A stretch of DNA of 64,000 nt. Source: Methanotrichaceae archaeon (GTDB taxonomy: Archaea > Halobacteriota > Methanosarcinia > Methanotrichales > Methanotrichaceae). A program made the translations under genes and the position numbers. Below are positions 50,917 to 60,593 of the stretch, piece after piece. The stretch lies in assembly GCA_963754945.1 (NCBI GenBank), contig CAVWIG010000015.1, forward strand, positions 1 through 64,000, written 5' to 3'. The notes beneath the pieces are model-generated. The model ran no database searches. It saw only the letters and a program-made list of their open reading frames with translations, and was not told the DNA's origin. Position 1 is the stretch's first letter; every line of letters begins with the position of its first letter.

Positions 50917-51792
50917 TTATTTCCTGCGTATCATCGTCCCAATCCCTTCGTCCGTCAGCAGCTCCAAGAGAATGGCGTGCGGCTTCCTGCCATCGATGAT
51001 GTGGGCCTTCTCCACTCCGCCCTCCACCGTCCGAACGCAGGCTTCCACCTTGGGGATCATGCCGCCCTTGATAACGCCGTCCTCAACCAGTCGCTCGAAG
51101 TCGGAGACCGGAAACTCGGAGATCACAGTGTTCGGGTCGTTGGGGTCCATCCGGACGCCTTCGACATCCGTTATGGAGATGAACTTCTTGGCGTGCATAG
51201 CAATGGCTATTGCTCCGGCGGCGGTGTCGGCGTTGACATTCAGGTTGTTGCCCTCATCGTCAACGGCAATTGGTGAGATGACAGGGATGTAGCCCTTGCC
51301 AGCGGTGATCATGATGATCTCCGGGTTGACGGACTCCACATCGCCCACCCAGCCCAGGTCCACAGGCTCTCTTCCCTGAATTTTGACTGGCGCCTTCTTC
51401 CTGGCCTTGAGGAACATGCCGTCCTGGCCTGAGAGGCCGATGCCCTTGCCGCCGTATTTGCCGATAAGGGAAACAAGCTCTGCGTTGATGTTGCCCAGAA
51501 GGACCATGCGGGCTATCTGCAGGGTCTCCTTGTCCGTGACCCGCAGGCCGCCCACGAACTCGGCCTTCTTGCCGAACCTCTCCATGGCCTCGGAGATCTC
51601 CGGGCCGCCGCCGTGAACTATTACCGGATGAATGCCGATGTACCTGAGCAGGACGATGTCCTGGATGAAATCCTCCAAGACCGCCTTGTCGGACATGATG
51701 GAGCCACCGATTTTGGCCACCATGACAGAGTCGTAAAACTCGCGAATGTAAGGCAAAGCCTCAATGAGCACCTGTTCTCTCTTGATGGACAC
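50917..51792 (-). CDS. argB: acetylglutamate kinase
   Basis: EALPYI, KIGGS, VHGGGPEI, GLRVTD, NVNADTAA and GGMIPKV motifs. Confidence 0.97.
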   Translation of the reverse strand: MSIKREQVLIEALPYIREFYDSVMVAKIGGSIMSDKAVLEDFIQDIVLLRYIGIHPVIVHGGGPEISEAMERFGKKAEFVGGLRVTDKETLQIARMVLLGNINAELVSLIGKYGGKGIGLSGQDGMFLKARKKAPVKIQGREPVDLGWVGDVESVNPEIIMITAGKGYIPVISPIAVDDEGNNLNVNADTAAGAIAIAMHAKKFISITDVEGVRMDPNDPNTVISEFPVSDFERLVEDGVIKGGMIPKVEACVRTVEGGVEKAHIIDGRKPHAILLELLTDEGIGTMIRRK

Positions 51793-51944
51793 CTTTGTTG
51801 CTCCTAATCTTGTAAACTTCTTATTCCTTATTACCGATCTTCGGCCTAGCCTTATTAAATTGATGGCTTTACGATTGCCTCTTACGATGGCTTGCCCAGC
51901 AGGCTTTCTAATCCCAATAATCCCAATACCAATTTTCCTCAGTC

Positions 51945-53657
51945 CTAATCTATGGACATCAAGACGTCGCCCGGGGTGACAGTTGTCCCTTCCTTGACGT
52001 AGATCTCCTTGATCGTGCCGTTCTTGTTGGCCAGGATGTTGTTCTCCATCTTCATGGCCTCTAGAACGGCCACTGCGTCACCCTTGGCTACCTTGTCCCC
52101 CTTCTTCACCGCGTACCTTATGATCACACCCTGCATGGGTACCGTGACACCATCTGTGGGAGCCTTGGGCTGGGCTTCCTGGATGGTCATTCCTGCTGGA
52201 GCAACCTTCACCAGATAGGCTTCTCCATCGACCTCCACATCGAAGGCCATCGGGTGTCCGGCATTGATTGGCTCAGCAGCGTGAGTATGGGCAGGCTGTT
52301 TCTTTACCAGCGGCTCCTCTACAGCTTCGCCCTGCAAGAATTTCAGTGCCACCTGGGGATAGAGGGCATAGGTCAGGTAGTCCTCCTCCTTCTTGGCAAG
52401 GCACAGAGCATCGACAGCTTTCCTGGCCGCCTCGTACTCCGGCGGCAGAAGATCGGCTGGTCGGACGGTTATTGGCTCCTCGTCGCATAGGACCTTGAGC
52501 CTGACCTTCGGGTCTATCATGGCTGGGCTTTTCCCATAGAGCCCCTTCACGTAGTCCTTGACCTCTTTGGGGACCATCTTGTACCGATCGCCTGTCATGA
52601 CGTTCAGCACTGCCTGAGTGCCAACGATCTGGCTGGTTGGAGTTACCAGGGGCGGGTATCCCAGGTCCTTTCGGACTTTAGGGATCTCTGCCAGGACTTC
52701 CTCGTACCTGTCAAGGGCCTTCTGTTCAATAAGCTGGGAGACCAGATTGGACAGCATTCCTCCAGGAACCTGGTAAGCCAGAACGTTGGTGTCCACGCGG
52801 GCTGATATGGGATTGAAGACAGGGGCGTAAACCTCGACAAGCTTCTCGAAGTACCTCTTAATCTCCGTCAGAAGCTCCATGTCCAGGCCAGTGGCAAAGT
52901 GAGTGCCAACCAGGGCAGCAACCACGCTCTCTGTCGAGGGCTGAGAGGTGCCACCTGAAAGAGGCGATATGGCCGTGTCTAGAATGTCCACACCTGCCTG
53001 ACAGGCATAGAAGTAGCTCATCTGAGCCATGCCGCTGGTGCAGTGGGTATGAAGATTTATCGGCAGGCTTACCTCCTTCTTGATCGCCCGGACCAGATCA
53101 TAGGCGTTCTGGGGAGTGATCAACCCTGCCATGTCTTTTATGCAGATGGAGTCGCAGCCTAGCTCTGACAGGCGAACGGCGAAGTCCGCAAACTGTTCAA
53201 TGGTGTGAACCGGGCTGGTCGTGTAGCTTATTCCGCCCTGGACGTGAGCGTCGGCGAGCTTGGCGGCCTTTATTGACCTTTCCATGTTCCTGATGTCGTT
53301 GACCGCATCGAAGATCCTGAATATGTCAACGCCGTTCTTGGCAGACCTCTCAACGAACTTGTCCACCAAATCGTCGGCGTAGTGCCTGTACCCAACCAGG
53401 TTCTGTCCGCGAAGAAGCATCTGCATCGGCGTATTGGGCATTGCCTTCTTCAGCGCCCGCAAGCGTTCCCAGGGGTCTTCGTTCAGATAACGGATGCAGG
53501 TATCGAAGGTAGCGCCACCCCACATCTCCATCGAGAAGAACCCGACCTGGTCCATCTTCTCCGCTATGGGTAGCATATCCCTGGTCCGCATCCTTGTAGC
53601 CAGAAGAGACTGGTGAGCATCCCTAAAAGCCGTTTCAGTAAGCTTTACCCTGCCCAT
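51945..53657 (-). CDS. pycB: pyruvate carboxylase subunit B / oxaloacetate decarboxylase alpha
   Basis: RDAHQSLLATR, WGGATFD, IKDMAG, HTHCTSG, QVPGGM and biotinyl EAMKM motifs. Confidence 0.93.
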   Translation of the reverse strand: MGRVKLTETAFRDAHQSLLATRMRTRDMLPIAEKMDQVGFFSMEMWGGATFDTCIRYLNEDPWERLRALKKAMPNTPMQMLLRGQNLVGYRHYADDLVDKFVERSAKNGVDIFRIFDAVNDIRNMERSIKAAKLADAHVQGGISYTTSPVHTIEQFADFAVRLSELGCDSICIKDMAGLITPQNAYDLVRAIKKEVSLPINLHTHCTSGMAQMSYFYACQAGVDILDTAISPLSGGTSQPSTESVVAALVGTHFATGLDMELLTEIKRYFEKLVEVYAPVFNPISARVDTNVLAYQVPGGMLSNLVSQLIEQKALDRYEEVLAEIPKVRKDLGYPPLVTPTSQIVGTQAVLNVMTGDRYKMVPKEVKDYVKGLYGKSPAMIDPKVRLKVLCDEEPITVRPADLLPPEYEAARKAVDALCLAKKEEDYLTYALYPQVALKFLQGEAVEEPLVKKQPAHTHAAEPINAGHPMAFDVEVDGEAYLVKVAPAGMTIQEAQPKAPTDGVTVPMQGVIIRYAVKKGDKVAKGDAVAVLEAMKMENNILANKNGTIKEIYVKEGTTVTPGDVLMSID

Positions 53658-54287
53658 GAAGATCTTCTCCTATACGGTCCCTCATATTTAAAGCACCTTC
53701 GACCATCGAACTCCGGCAACATGATCTGATCATCTCTCCGCATCCTGGACGTAGATAACTGGGCTGCCCTACCGAGCTTAATCCTATGACTGACTTTTGT
53801 TATGGCCCCAACGCCCACAGCTCGTAACGCCTCTTACTATGGAGCATTTGGAGAAGCATAGTTCGATCTTAATTCTCCAGCTGAACCAATTATATGTTAT
53901 ATAAAGCTAGTGGAATGAAATTCTTTGAGATCTATAAATTCTCGCTGATATCAAATAATCCGTAATTCCATAGCAGATCAAATCAATTAGGCTCATTTTG
54001 GTTGGATTATGCCCGTGCTAAATTTTATTTTGCATAAATACGCGGATATATTGTTATTCGCTTCCTTCAATTCGAAAGTCATTTATGAAGGCAGACTGTC
54101 TTGCGCAGAATCTATCTGTAACTATCTGTAACTCGAAAATTGTGGTGAGAATGCCTTCTAGGCTTTCGAATCATACGAATTTCAGCAGACTTTGGTAGGT
54201 CCTATCCATCTTTAGCTGTTACTCTCCTCTAGCGGGATCATACAATAGGTGGAAAGTTTTATGGTCCGGTAAGTCACATCCCTTCAG

Positions 54288-54893
54288 GTGGCAGAACCTC
54301 AATCCAAGATGTTGTTGATCGTAGCATGCGTTCTGGCGATTTATACGGTATCCATCTTTAATGTAGCAGCTTCCGGCAGAAGCGTAGAAGACCTGGTCGG
54401 CGTCTTCTCCATTCAGAAGACCATCAAACTAGGCAGCAACAGTGAATGCTTTGCCGGTTCGCAGAGCTCTTCGGATTCTCTGAGCCCGCAGAACAACGGT
54501 TTATCAGACAATCAGCCTCCAGGCCTGGCCGGCCTCAGCATTGAGCCCAAAGCGATAAAGGCATCGTCGTCTCAATCAATCAACCTGACGGCCCACATTG
54601 TTGACGACCAAAGTGGCCTTGCGGAAGGGAGTGGATCGAACCTGTCGACCGCCTGGTTTGTAAGCCCTTCGGGGAGACAAGTGATCGGAACTAGCTCTTG
54701 CTCCGGGCGACCTCACATCTGGAACCAAGCTGGACGGCTTCTACAAAGGCTTGATAGTTCTGCCAATGAACAGCGAGATAGGAACCTGGCGTCTTGACAA
54801 CCTCACAATTGTCGATGAACAGGGCAACCGAAGGGTTATAGGACGAGACCAGATGCTCGGATCGGGATTTCCGGCAGAATTTCTGGTGACTTG
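54288..54893 (+). pseudogene. secreted hypothetical protein, frameshift near 54690
   Basis: Signal-like N-terminus, DDQSG; alternative frame LALAPGDLTSGTKLDGFYKG...GTWRLDNLTIVDEQGN...FPAEFLVT*. Confidence 0.6.
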
Positions 54894-54895
54894 AG

Positions 54896-55333
54896 CTATT
54901 CGCCCAAGATCTGGAGGATGATCCTTCGCTTTCGAGGCCGGTTGTCCAATTCCAGGAAGACTATTTGCTGCCATGTTCCCAACATGAGCTGGCCGTCTAG
55001 GAAAGGAACTGTCAGGCTGGGACCGATGAGCGATGCCCGGATGTGGGAGTGGCCGTTACCGTCTCCCCACTTTTGATCGTGTGCGTACTGAATCTCTTCA
55101 GGGACAATCCTCTCCAGAGCAGCTCTGATGTCATCGACCAGTCCCGGCTCGTGCTCTATGGTGGTTACAGCAGCAGTTGCTCCAGGGACGAATACCACAG
55201 TTATGCCGCTACGCACGCCGCATTCACGAATTGCAGCCGCTACCCTCTCTGTTATATCGATGACATCTCCGATGCTCGCGTCAAACTCCAAATACCTGGT
55301 TAAAATCAACGACTTTTCTCCCGATTTTATCAA
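54896..55333 (-). CDS. yjbQ: YjbQ/UPF0047 family protein
   Basis: GATAAVTTIEHEPG, YAHD, NGHSHIRASL and LGTWQQI motifs. Confidence 0.93.
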   Translation of the reverse strand: MIKSGEKSLILTRYLEFDASIGDVIDITERVAAAIRECGVRSGITVVFVPGATAAVTTIEHEPGLVDDIRAALERIVPEEIQYAHDQKWGDGNGHSHIRASLIGPSLTVPFLDGQLMLGTWQQIVFLELDNRPRKRRIILQILGE

Positions 55334-55620
55334 AGAAATATCGATAGATTACATGATATATCCTTCGCTAGCCCATGCTTGAATCTCCCAGGAGATCTCA
55401 GCGCCCATCCGCCTGAGATTGGCTGTAGAGAGATAGTTTCATAGGATTGGGGAGACAAATATACGTAAAATCTAGAACACATGAAGTTCTAAATCCTAAA
55501 CAAACGTCCAGGAGGTACCATAATCCGCCCAACTTCTATTGAATCTGTAACTCATAACCCGATTGGCGAAACATCATTCCAGCGGTCTATCTATCGTAAT
55601 GCCTCTATGGCACAAGGCGG

Positions 55621-58600
55621 TTGGCGATTGTGAGCAGCGAATCAACCGTTCTCCTGTCTGTGAGGGGTTCTGGAACACCAGCCGCACGGAGCTATGCGTT
55701 TACCATCCTTGCCGAAGGCAGGACCCTGGACGATCGCACTCTAACGCCTGTTGAGTCTCAGGAGATCGGTGAAATATCCGGGCAGTATCAGTCGCTATTT
55801 GATCAGAGCTGCCGATACAATACAACCGATTACCTGGATATCCTGGGGTCAGGACTGTTCCATCTCTTCTTCGAGGCAGCTTGGGGCCAAATAAGATCCA
55901 GAACCTCTTTTGGCAAGGTCAATCTGGTAGTAGCCACGGACATCTACGAAGTTCTGACCCTGCCCTGGGAGATAGTGCGCCCTCCCGATGGAGATATGCT
56001 AGGGTTCGACTCATCTATTAGCATCCTGCGCCTGCCAGAGGAACAGAACTCCATGTCACAGTTCAAAGGCCAGCTACCACCTGGACCTTTGCGAGTTGTC
56101 TTTGCCGCATGCGCCCCAAGACAATCCCTGGACTACGTCAAGGAGGAAGAATCCTTTTTCAGAGCTTTAGATGGCATGGAGATCGTCTCGGATTCTTGCG
56201 ACCTAGGAACCTTCGAGGAGCTGAGGAAGAGAGTTGATGAATTCAAGCCCCAGATCGTCCACCTAGTCGGACAAGGAGTTGCGAAAGACACCCAGAACTA
56301 CTTTGCCTTCGAAGGGACCAATGGAATTGCCGATCTCAAATCGTCAGCAGAGATTCTGAAGGCAATGCCAGGAGTTCAGCTGGTATTCCTGAGCGGTTGC
56401 CAGGGCAAGAATCCTTACGTTCTGGCAACCCTTGGAATCGAGTTGGTAAGGTTGGGTCTGCCCTTGGCCGTTATCTGGCCCGGCTCAATTGCGGATGCCG
56501 AATCGGCTGTGAGAGCATTCTATGGAAATTTAGCTTCTGGAAAAACCCTAGAGAGCGCGATGACATCCATGCGCCAGGAGATCGGGGTTGTTCACGAACA
56601 GGGTGCGGCCTTGCTCGCCTTTCCGTCACTCTATTCCCTGACTGATCAGAACAGGACCTTCGATCCTCTACAAAGATCTGTTCTTCCTCGGACTTTCCTT
56701 TCCAGACAGCCGCCCCTGAAGGGCACGACTGAAGGGTACACAGAGAATTTCGTGGGACGGAGGAGAGATCTACAGCGTCTTGTGCCAGCATTGAGTGAGG
56801 GCACAGTCAAAGCAGTGGTAATAACGGGCCGTCATGGAACAGGTAAGAGCACCCTGGCAGTCCGGCTTGCAGAAGAGCTTGAATCGGCAGGATTCTGTGT
56901 AATCGCTATTTCTAGCTCTATAGAGAACCCTTTAAGCGCCGCCAGGTTGATCGATGCTCTGGGCAGTGCCTTTCACAGGGCGGCAGCAGAACGCCGGGCT
57001 CTTGGCAGGAACGATCTTGCGGAGAGCATCCAGGCCGCAGTCCACACCTTGAGGACTCTTGGGAATTCTGCAGATAAGCGCCTCAGGGAAGCCGTAGAAT
57101 CATTGAACCTGGGCCAGTTCCTCCTGGTTCTCGACGGCTTTGAGGTCAACCTGGACGAGTCAGGGCGGATAATTGACCCTGACGTAGCAATGTTCTACTT
57201 GCTGGTCCTGAACAGCCTCGACCGATCCAGGGCCATCATCACCAGCGAGCGCTTGCCTGCGAACGCTACGACCTTGCCCCAGAGAGCATGGGAGTATGCC
57301 GTTACGGGATTGACTAAGGCAGATTTCTTCAGGTTCCTTCTAAGGGATGGCGATTTAGTCGACCGCCTTAGATCCGGAGAATTGAATCATCAAATGCTCG
57401 CTCAAATCTACGAAAGAACTGATGGACGACCGCTATGCTTTGACCGGACTTGCAAAACGCTTGGAGGTGTTAATCCCGCTTATTCCTTGGCAGAAGCTAT
57501 GTCTCAGTCTGCTCTGCGGTCTTCGAGCAGCTTATGCGATGAGATTACATCCAGGCTTTACGGTTCATTGAGCCCTGATTCTCGGGCATCTCTCAGCGGG
57601 GCGGCGGTTTATGCGGTTCCGATCAACTTGGATGGACTTGAGGCCGTAACCGGAGAGACGCAGGAGCGGATCAGAGGTCTCTCCGAAGAGTGGACAAAAA
57701 AAACCCTGGCATTCCGGAGAGACGACTGTCTGCTCGTCATCCGAGGCGAGCTGAGGGTCTGGCTGACTGAAAAGCTGAGCAAAGAGGAGGCCAAGCAGGC
57801 ACATGAAGCCGCAGGGGACTTCTTAGACACAACATTCAAGGAAAAAAACTGCGAAGAGCTTGGACTTACAAACCTAGAGTGTTCGTTGGAAGCGCGAGCG
57901 CACTTTCTTGCCGCTGGTGTTTTGGATAAAGCCATTGAGGTTACAAGCCGTATCAGCGCCACGATGATGGCCCGGGGGTTTTATGGGGAGGTCATAAGGC
58001 TTAACCAAGAGCTTCTTGTGCAGAGCGAGCACTCAATGCCGATAAGATGGACGGCCCAGGCGTTCTTCGAGCAAAATGACTTCGAGCATGCTCTGGAGTG
58101 GTATCAGAAGGGGCTCCTGGTTCCAGGCAGATCTGAAGAAGACGATGCTACATCGTGGCAAGGAATTGCCTCAATCGCCCTACGCCAGGGCAGATACGAT
58201 AAGGCAGAAGAAAACCTACGAAATGCCTTGGATGTCTATAGGCGAAAGGGTGACGTAAAGCGCGAAGCTGAAGTGCTTCGTGGCTTGGCCTCAATGGAGA
58301 TGGCCAAAGGAAACTACGAGAACGCCGGGGAGAATTTGAATAAGGTTCTGCAAACTCAAATGAAAACTGAGGACTTGGCGGGACAAGCCTCCACGCTGAA
58401 AGACCTTATCGCCATCGACCTGTACCAGAAAGATCGAGATGCTGCAATCGAGAAGCTCAATAGGTCCGTGGAGATCTTCAGAAAATTGGGTCATCCCGCT
58501 GACGAAGCGGCTGCACTCTACGGTCTGGCATCCCTGGACATGGAGAAAGAGGATTTCGATTCTGCTACCGAGAAGTTCCAGAGGGCCCTCGAGATCAGGA

Positions 58601-59016
58601 GACAGATCGGTGAGCGTGAGGGAGAGGCTGCAACACTTCACAGCCTGGCCTTGATCGATGCCCATAAAGGAGACGTCCAGGTAGCTAGCGAAAAATTCGA
58701 GGGTGCTCTTAAGATCTACCAGCAGAACGGAGACAAGTCCGGTGAGGCGGCAGCCTTTTTCCAACTCGGCGTTCTGGCAGTACGTCTCGGCCACAACATG
58801 AATGACGGAATGAAGCTCATGGCCCTAAGCGGCATAATCCTGAGATCGATAGGGAGTCCTGATGTCAGGAATGTAGAGCCGGTTATAGAAAGGATGGCTT
58901 CCCACATGAAGTACACTCAGGACAAGTTCGCGGAGTTGGTGCAAGAGGCTGTTACGGCATATAGGAAGGACAAGGGTTGGGGGCTTCTGGAGGCTGCTTT
59001 CGGAGTTGAAAGGTAG
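55621..59016 (+). CDS. CHAT domain - NB-ARC/STAND NTPase - TPR protein
   Basis: LPWE, LRVVF, VHLVGQG, VFLSGC (CHAT); FVGR, GRHGTGKS, LLVLDGFE, IITS, GRPL (STAND); C-terminal TPRs. Confidence 0.88.
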   Translation: MAIVSSESTVLLSVRGSGTPAARSYAFTILAEGRTLDDRTLTPVESQEIGEISGQYQSLFDQSCRYNTTDYLDILGSGLFHLFFEAAWGQIRSRTSFGKVNLVVATDIYEVLTLPWEIVRPPDGDMLGFDSSISILRLPEEQNSMSQFKGQLPPGPLRVVFAACAPRQSLDYVKEEESFFRALDGMEIVSDSCDLGTFEELRKRVDEFKPQIVHLVGQGVAKDTQNYFAFEGTNGIADLKSSAEILKAMPGVQLVFLSGCQGKNPYVLATLGIELVRLGLPLAVIWPGSIADAESAVRAFYGNLASGKTLESAMTSMRQEIGVVHEQGAALLAFPSLYSLTDQNRTFDPLQRSVLPRTFLSRQPPLKGTTEGYTENFVGRRRDLQRLVPALSEGTVKAVVITGRHGTGKSTLAVRLAEELESAGFCVIAISSSIENPLSAARLIDALGSAFHRAAAERRALGRNDLAESIQAAVHTLRTLGNSADKRLREAVESLNLGQFLLVLDGFEVNLDESGRIIDPDVAMFYLLVLNSLDRSRAIITSERLPANATTLPQRAWEYAVTGLTKADFFRFLLRDGDLVDRLRSGELNHQMLAQIYERTDGRPLCFDRTCKTLGGVNPAYSLAEAMSQSALRSSSSLCDEITSRLYGSLSPDSRASLSGAAVYAVPINLDGLEAVTGETQERIRGLSEEWTKKTLAFRRDDCLLVIRGELRVWLTEKLSKEEAKQAHEAAGDFLDTTFKEKNCEELGLTNLECSLEARAHFLAAGVLDKAIEVTSRISATMMARGFYGEVIRLNQELLVQSEHSMPIRWTAQAFFEQNDFEHALEWYQKGLLVPGRSEEDDATSWQGIASIALRQGRYDKAEENLRNALDVYRRKGDVKREAEVLRGLASMEMAKGNYENAGENLNKVLQTQMKTEDLAGQASTLKDLIAIDLYQKDRDAAIEKLNRSVEIFRKLGHPADEAAALYGLASLDMEKEDFDSATEKFQRALEIRRQIGEREGEAATLHSLALIDAHKGDVQVASEKFEGALKIYQQNGDKSGEAAAFFQLGVLAVRLGHNMNDGMKLMALSGIILRSIGSPDVRNVEPVIERMASHMKYTQDKFAELVQEAVTAYRKDKGWGLLEAAFGVER

Positions 59017-59953
59017 TATTTTCCATCGATTTCACAAGTGCGTACAATGTTTCATTTGCTGGCACTTTCATGCCATGCTTTCTGGCCAGGCTGATCACAT
59101 AGCCGTTTATGGAATCGATCTCTGTCATCCTACCCCTCAGCACGTCTTGTTGCATGCTCGACGTGTTCATGGAGGTTTTTGAGGCGATCGAGTGAACAAG
59201 GTCGAGGACGGTATCTTTATTCGCTATGCACCCCTCCTTGGCAGCAACGCTCACACATTCTTCAACTATCTTTTCGACAGTGTCTTCGAGGCATTTCGAA
59301 AGTACGATGCCGTTATGTTCCCTTGTCAGGGCGGTTATCGGGTTTATTACTGAATTTACAAAAAGCTTGTTCCACTGGTGGTTCTTAAAGTCCTTCGCGA
59401 ATTCTATCTCGAAGCCCTTTTCCTCAAACATCTTCCTCATGAAATGTTTGATTTTCGGTCCTATTCTTTCCTCAAAAACAGTCTTTCCTCTTCCTCTGAG
59501 CTCGATTGAGCCATCTTCAGGAAAATTGATGCCAATAGAGGTAACGCCTTCGAAAACGTTATGGGAAGTCAGTTTGAAAACGTCCCTGTTTCCCATTCCA
59601 TTCATCAAGAGCATAAAATCCGCTTTCTTTAAATTCCCGTTCAGCGCCCCGGACGCCATTATCTCATCCAGAGCTCGTTGTAGAGAATATGTCTTGACAC
59701 ATACGATCACCTTATCAGGGAAAAAGTTCGAACTACATAGTTCGCCGAGGCTAGTAAAACAATGCCTGTACCTCAGAGACTTGTGCCCTTCCGGAAAATC
59801 GATTCGTAAACCTGCTTTGATTATCTTTTGAATATGGCTTTTTCTGCCCAGAAGGGCCACATTCTCGATTGGGGTGTCCCCGGCAATATCTGAGAGCAAG
59901 TAACCCACAAATGAGCCTATTGCCCCTGCCCCATATATCATTACATTTTTCAT
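58952..59953 (-). CDS. panE: 2-dehydropantoate 2-reductase
   Basis: GAGAIG, VKTY, MNGMG, WNKLFVNSVINPITAL and SSMQQD...TEIDSING motifs. Confidence 0.93.
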   Translation of the reverse strand: MKNVMIYGAGAIGSFVGYLLSDIAGDTPIENVALLGRKSHIQKIIKAGLRIDFPEGHKSLRYRHCFTSLGELCSSNFFPDKVIVCVKTYSLQRALDEIMASGALNGNLKKADFMLLMNGMGNRDVFKLTSHNVFEGVTSIGINFPEDGSIELRGRGKTVFEERIGPKIKHFMRKMFEEKGFEIEFAKDFKNHQWNKLFVNSVINPITALTREHNGIVLSKCLEDTVEKIVEECVSVAAKEGCIANKDTVLDLVHSIASKTSMNTSSMQQDVLRGRMTEIDSINGYVISLARKHGMKVPANETLYALVKSMENTTFQLRKQPPEAPNPCPSYMP

Positions 59954-60086
59954 AAATTCGGGCTTATTGAGCTGTTCGTTTCAGCAAAGATGGATGCACG
60001 AACGATATGAATCTTCTCAATGTAAGATCGGCGTTACAACTCGAAGTTCCAGGCATTCCGTAAGGCTCGAACTCTAATATTAATTC

Positions 60087-60578
60087 TTAATCCATGATAC
60101 GGTCAAGGCAGAACCTCCAGACACATCTTTCAGCGCCTTTGCAGATCTGCTCCTCCAGCTCAAAGCTGATATTCCCGAACTCCGAGGCCCAGGCCGAGTT
60201 CTCCTCTCTGCAGATCAAGCTGCTCACCTTTTCCGAAAGATGCTCTCTGCCTGATTTGACCATGAGTTCATGCCACGGACACCGCTCGATGAAGAACTTT
60301 AGGCTGTCGTTTTCCTTCTCGGCCTCAAACTCGAACCCTTCCAGAGCGAGCCGGGTCTCGATGCTTTCACCTAGCCCCTTCATTCCTTCATCCAACAGCA
60401 GCATGGACTTGAGCATCCTGGCCTGGATCTTGGGCAGGACTTTCCACACCTGGTCGTCGATCTCCAGAGCAGTGTCGAAACCGCACTTCTCTTCGACCTT
60501 CATGAACCACAGTCCGTCTGCTGCGGCGTAGGAGCGGTGAAAGTACGCTGCAATCTGCTTGTCGGTCAGTTCTTTCAT
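60087..60578 (-). CDS. DUF6125 / V4R-like Cys-containing protein
   Basis: AADGLWF..VEE, CPW, C and C..G...C.W.F pattern. Confidence 0.75.
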   Translation of the reverse strand: MKELTDKQIAAYFHRSYAAADGLWFMKVEEKCGFDTALEIDDQVWKVLPKIQARMLKSMLLLDEGMKGLGESIETRLALEGFEFEAEKENDSLKFFIERCPWHELMVKSGREHLSEKVSSLICREENSAWASEFGNISFELEEQICKGAERCVWRFCLDRIMD

Positions 60579-60593
60579 TTTATCCTTTTCGGC

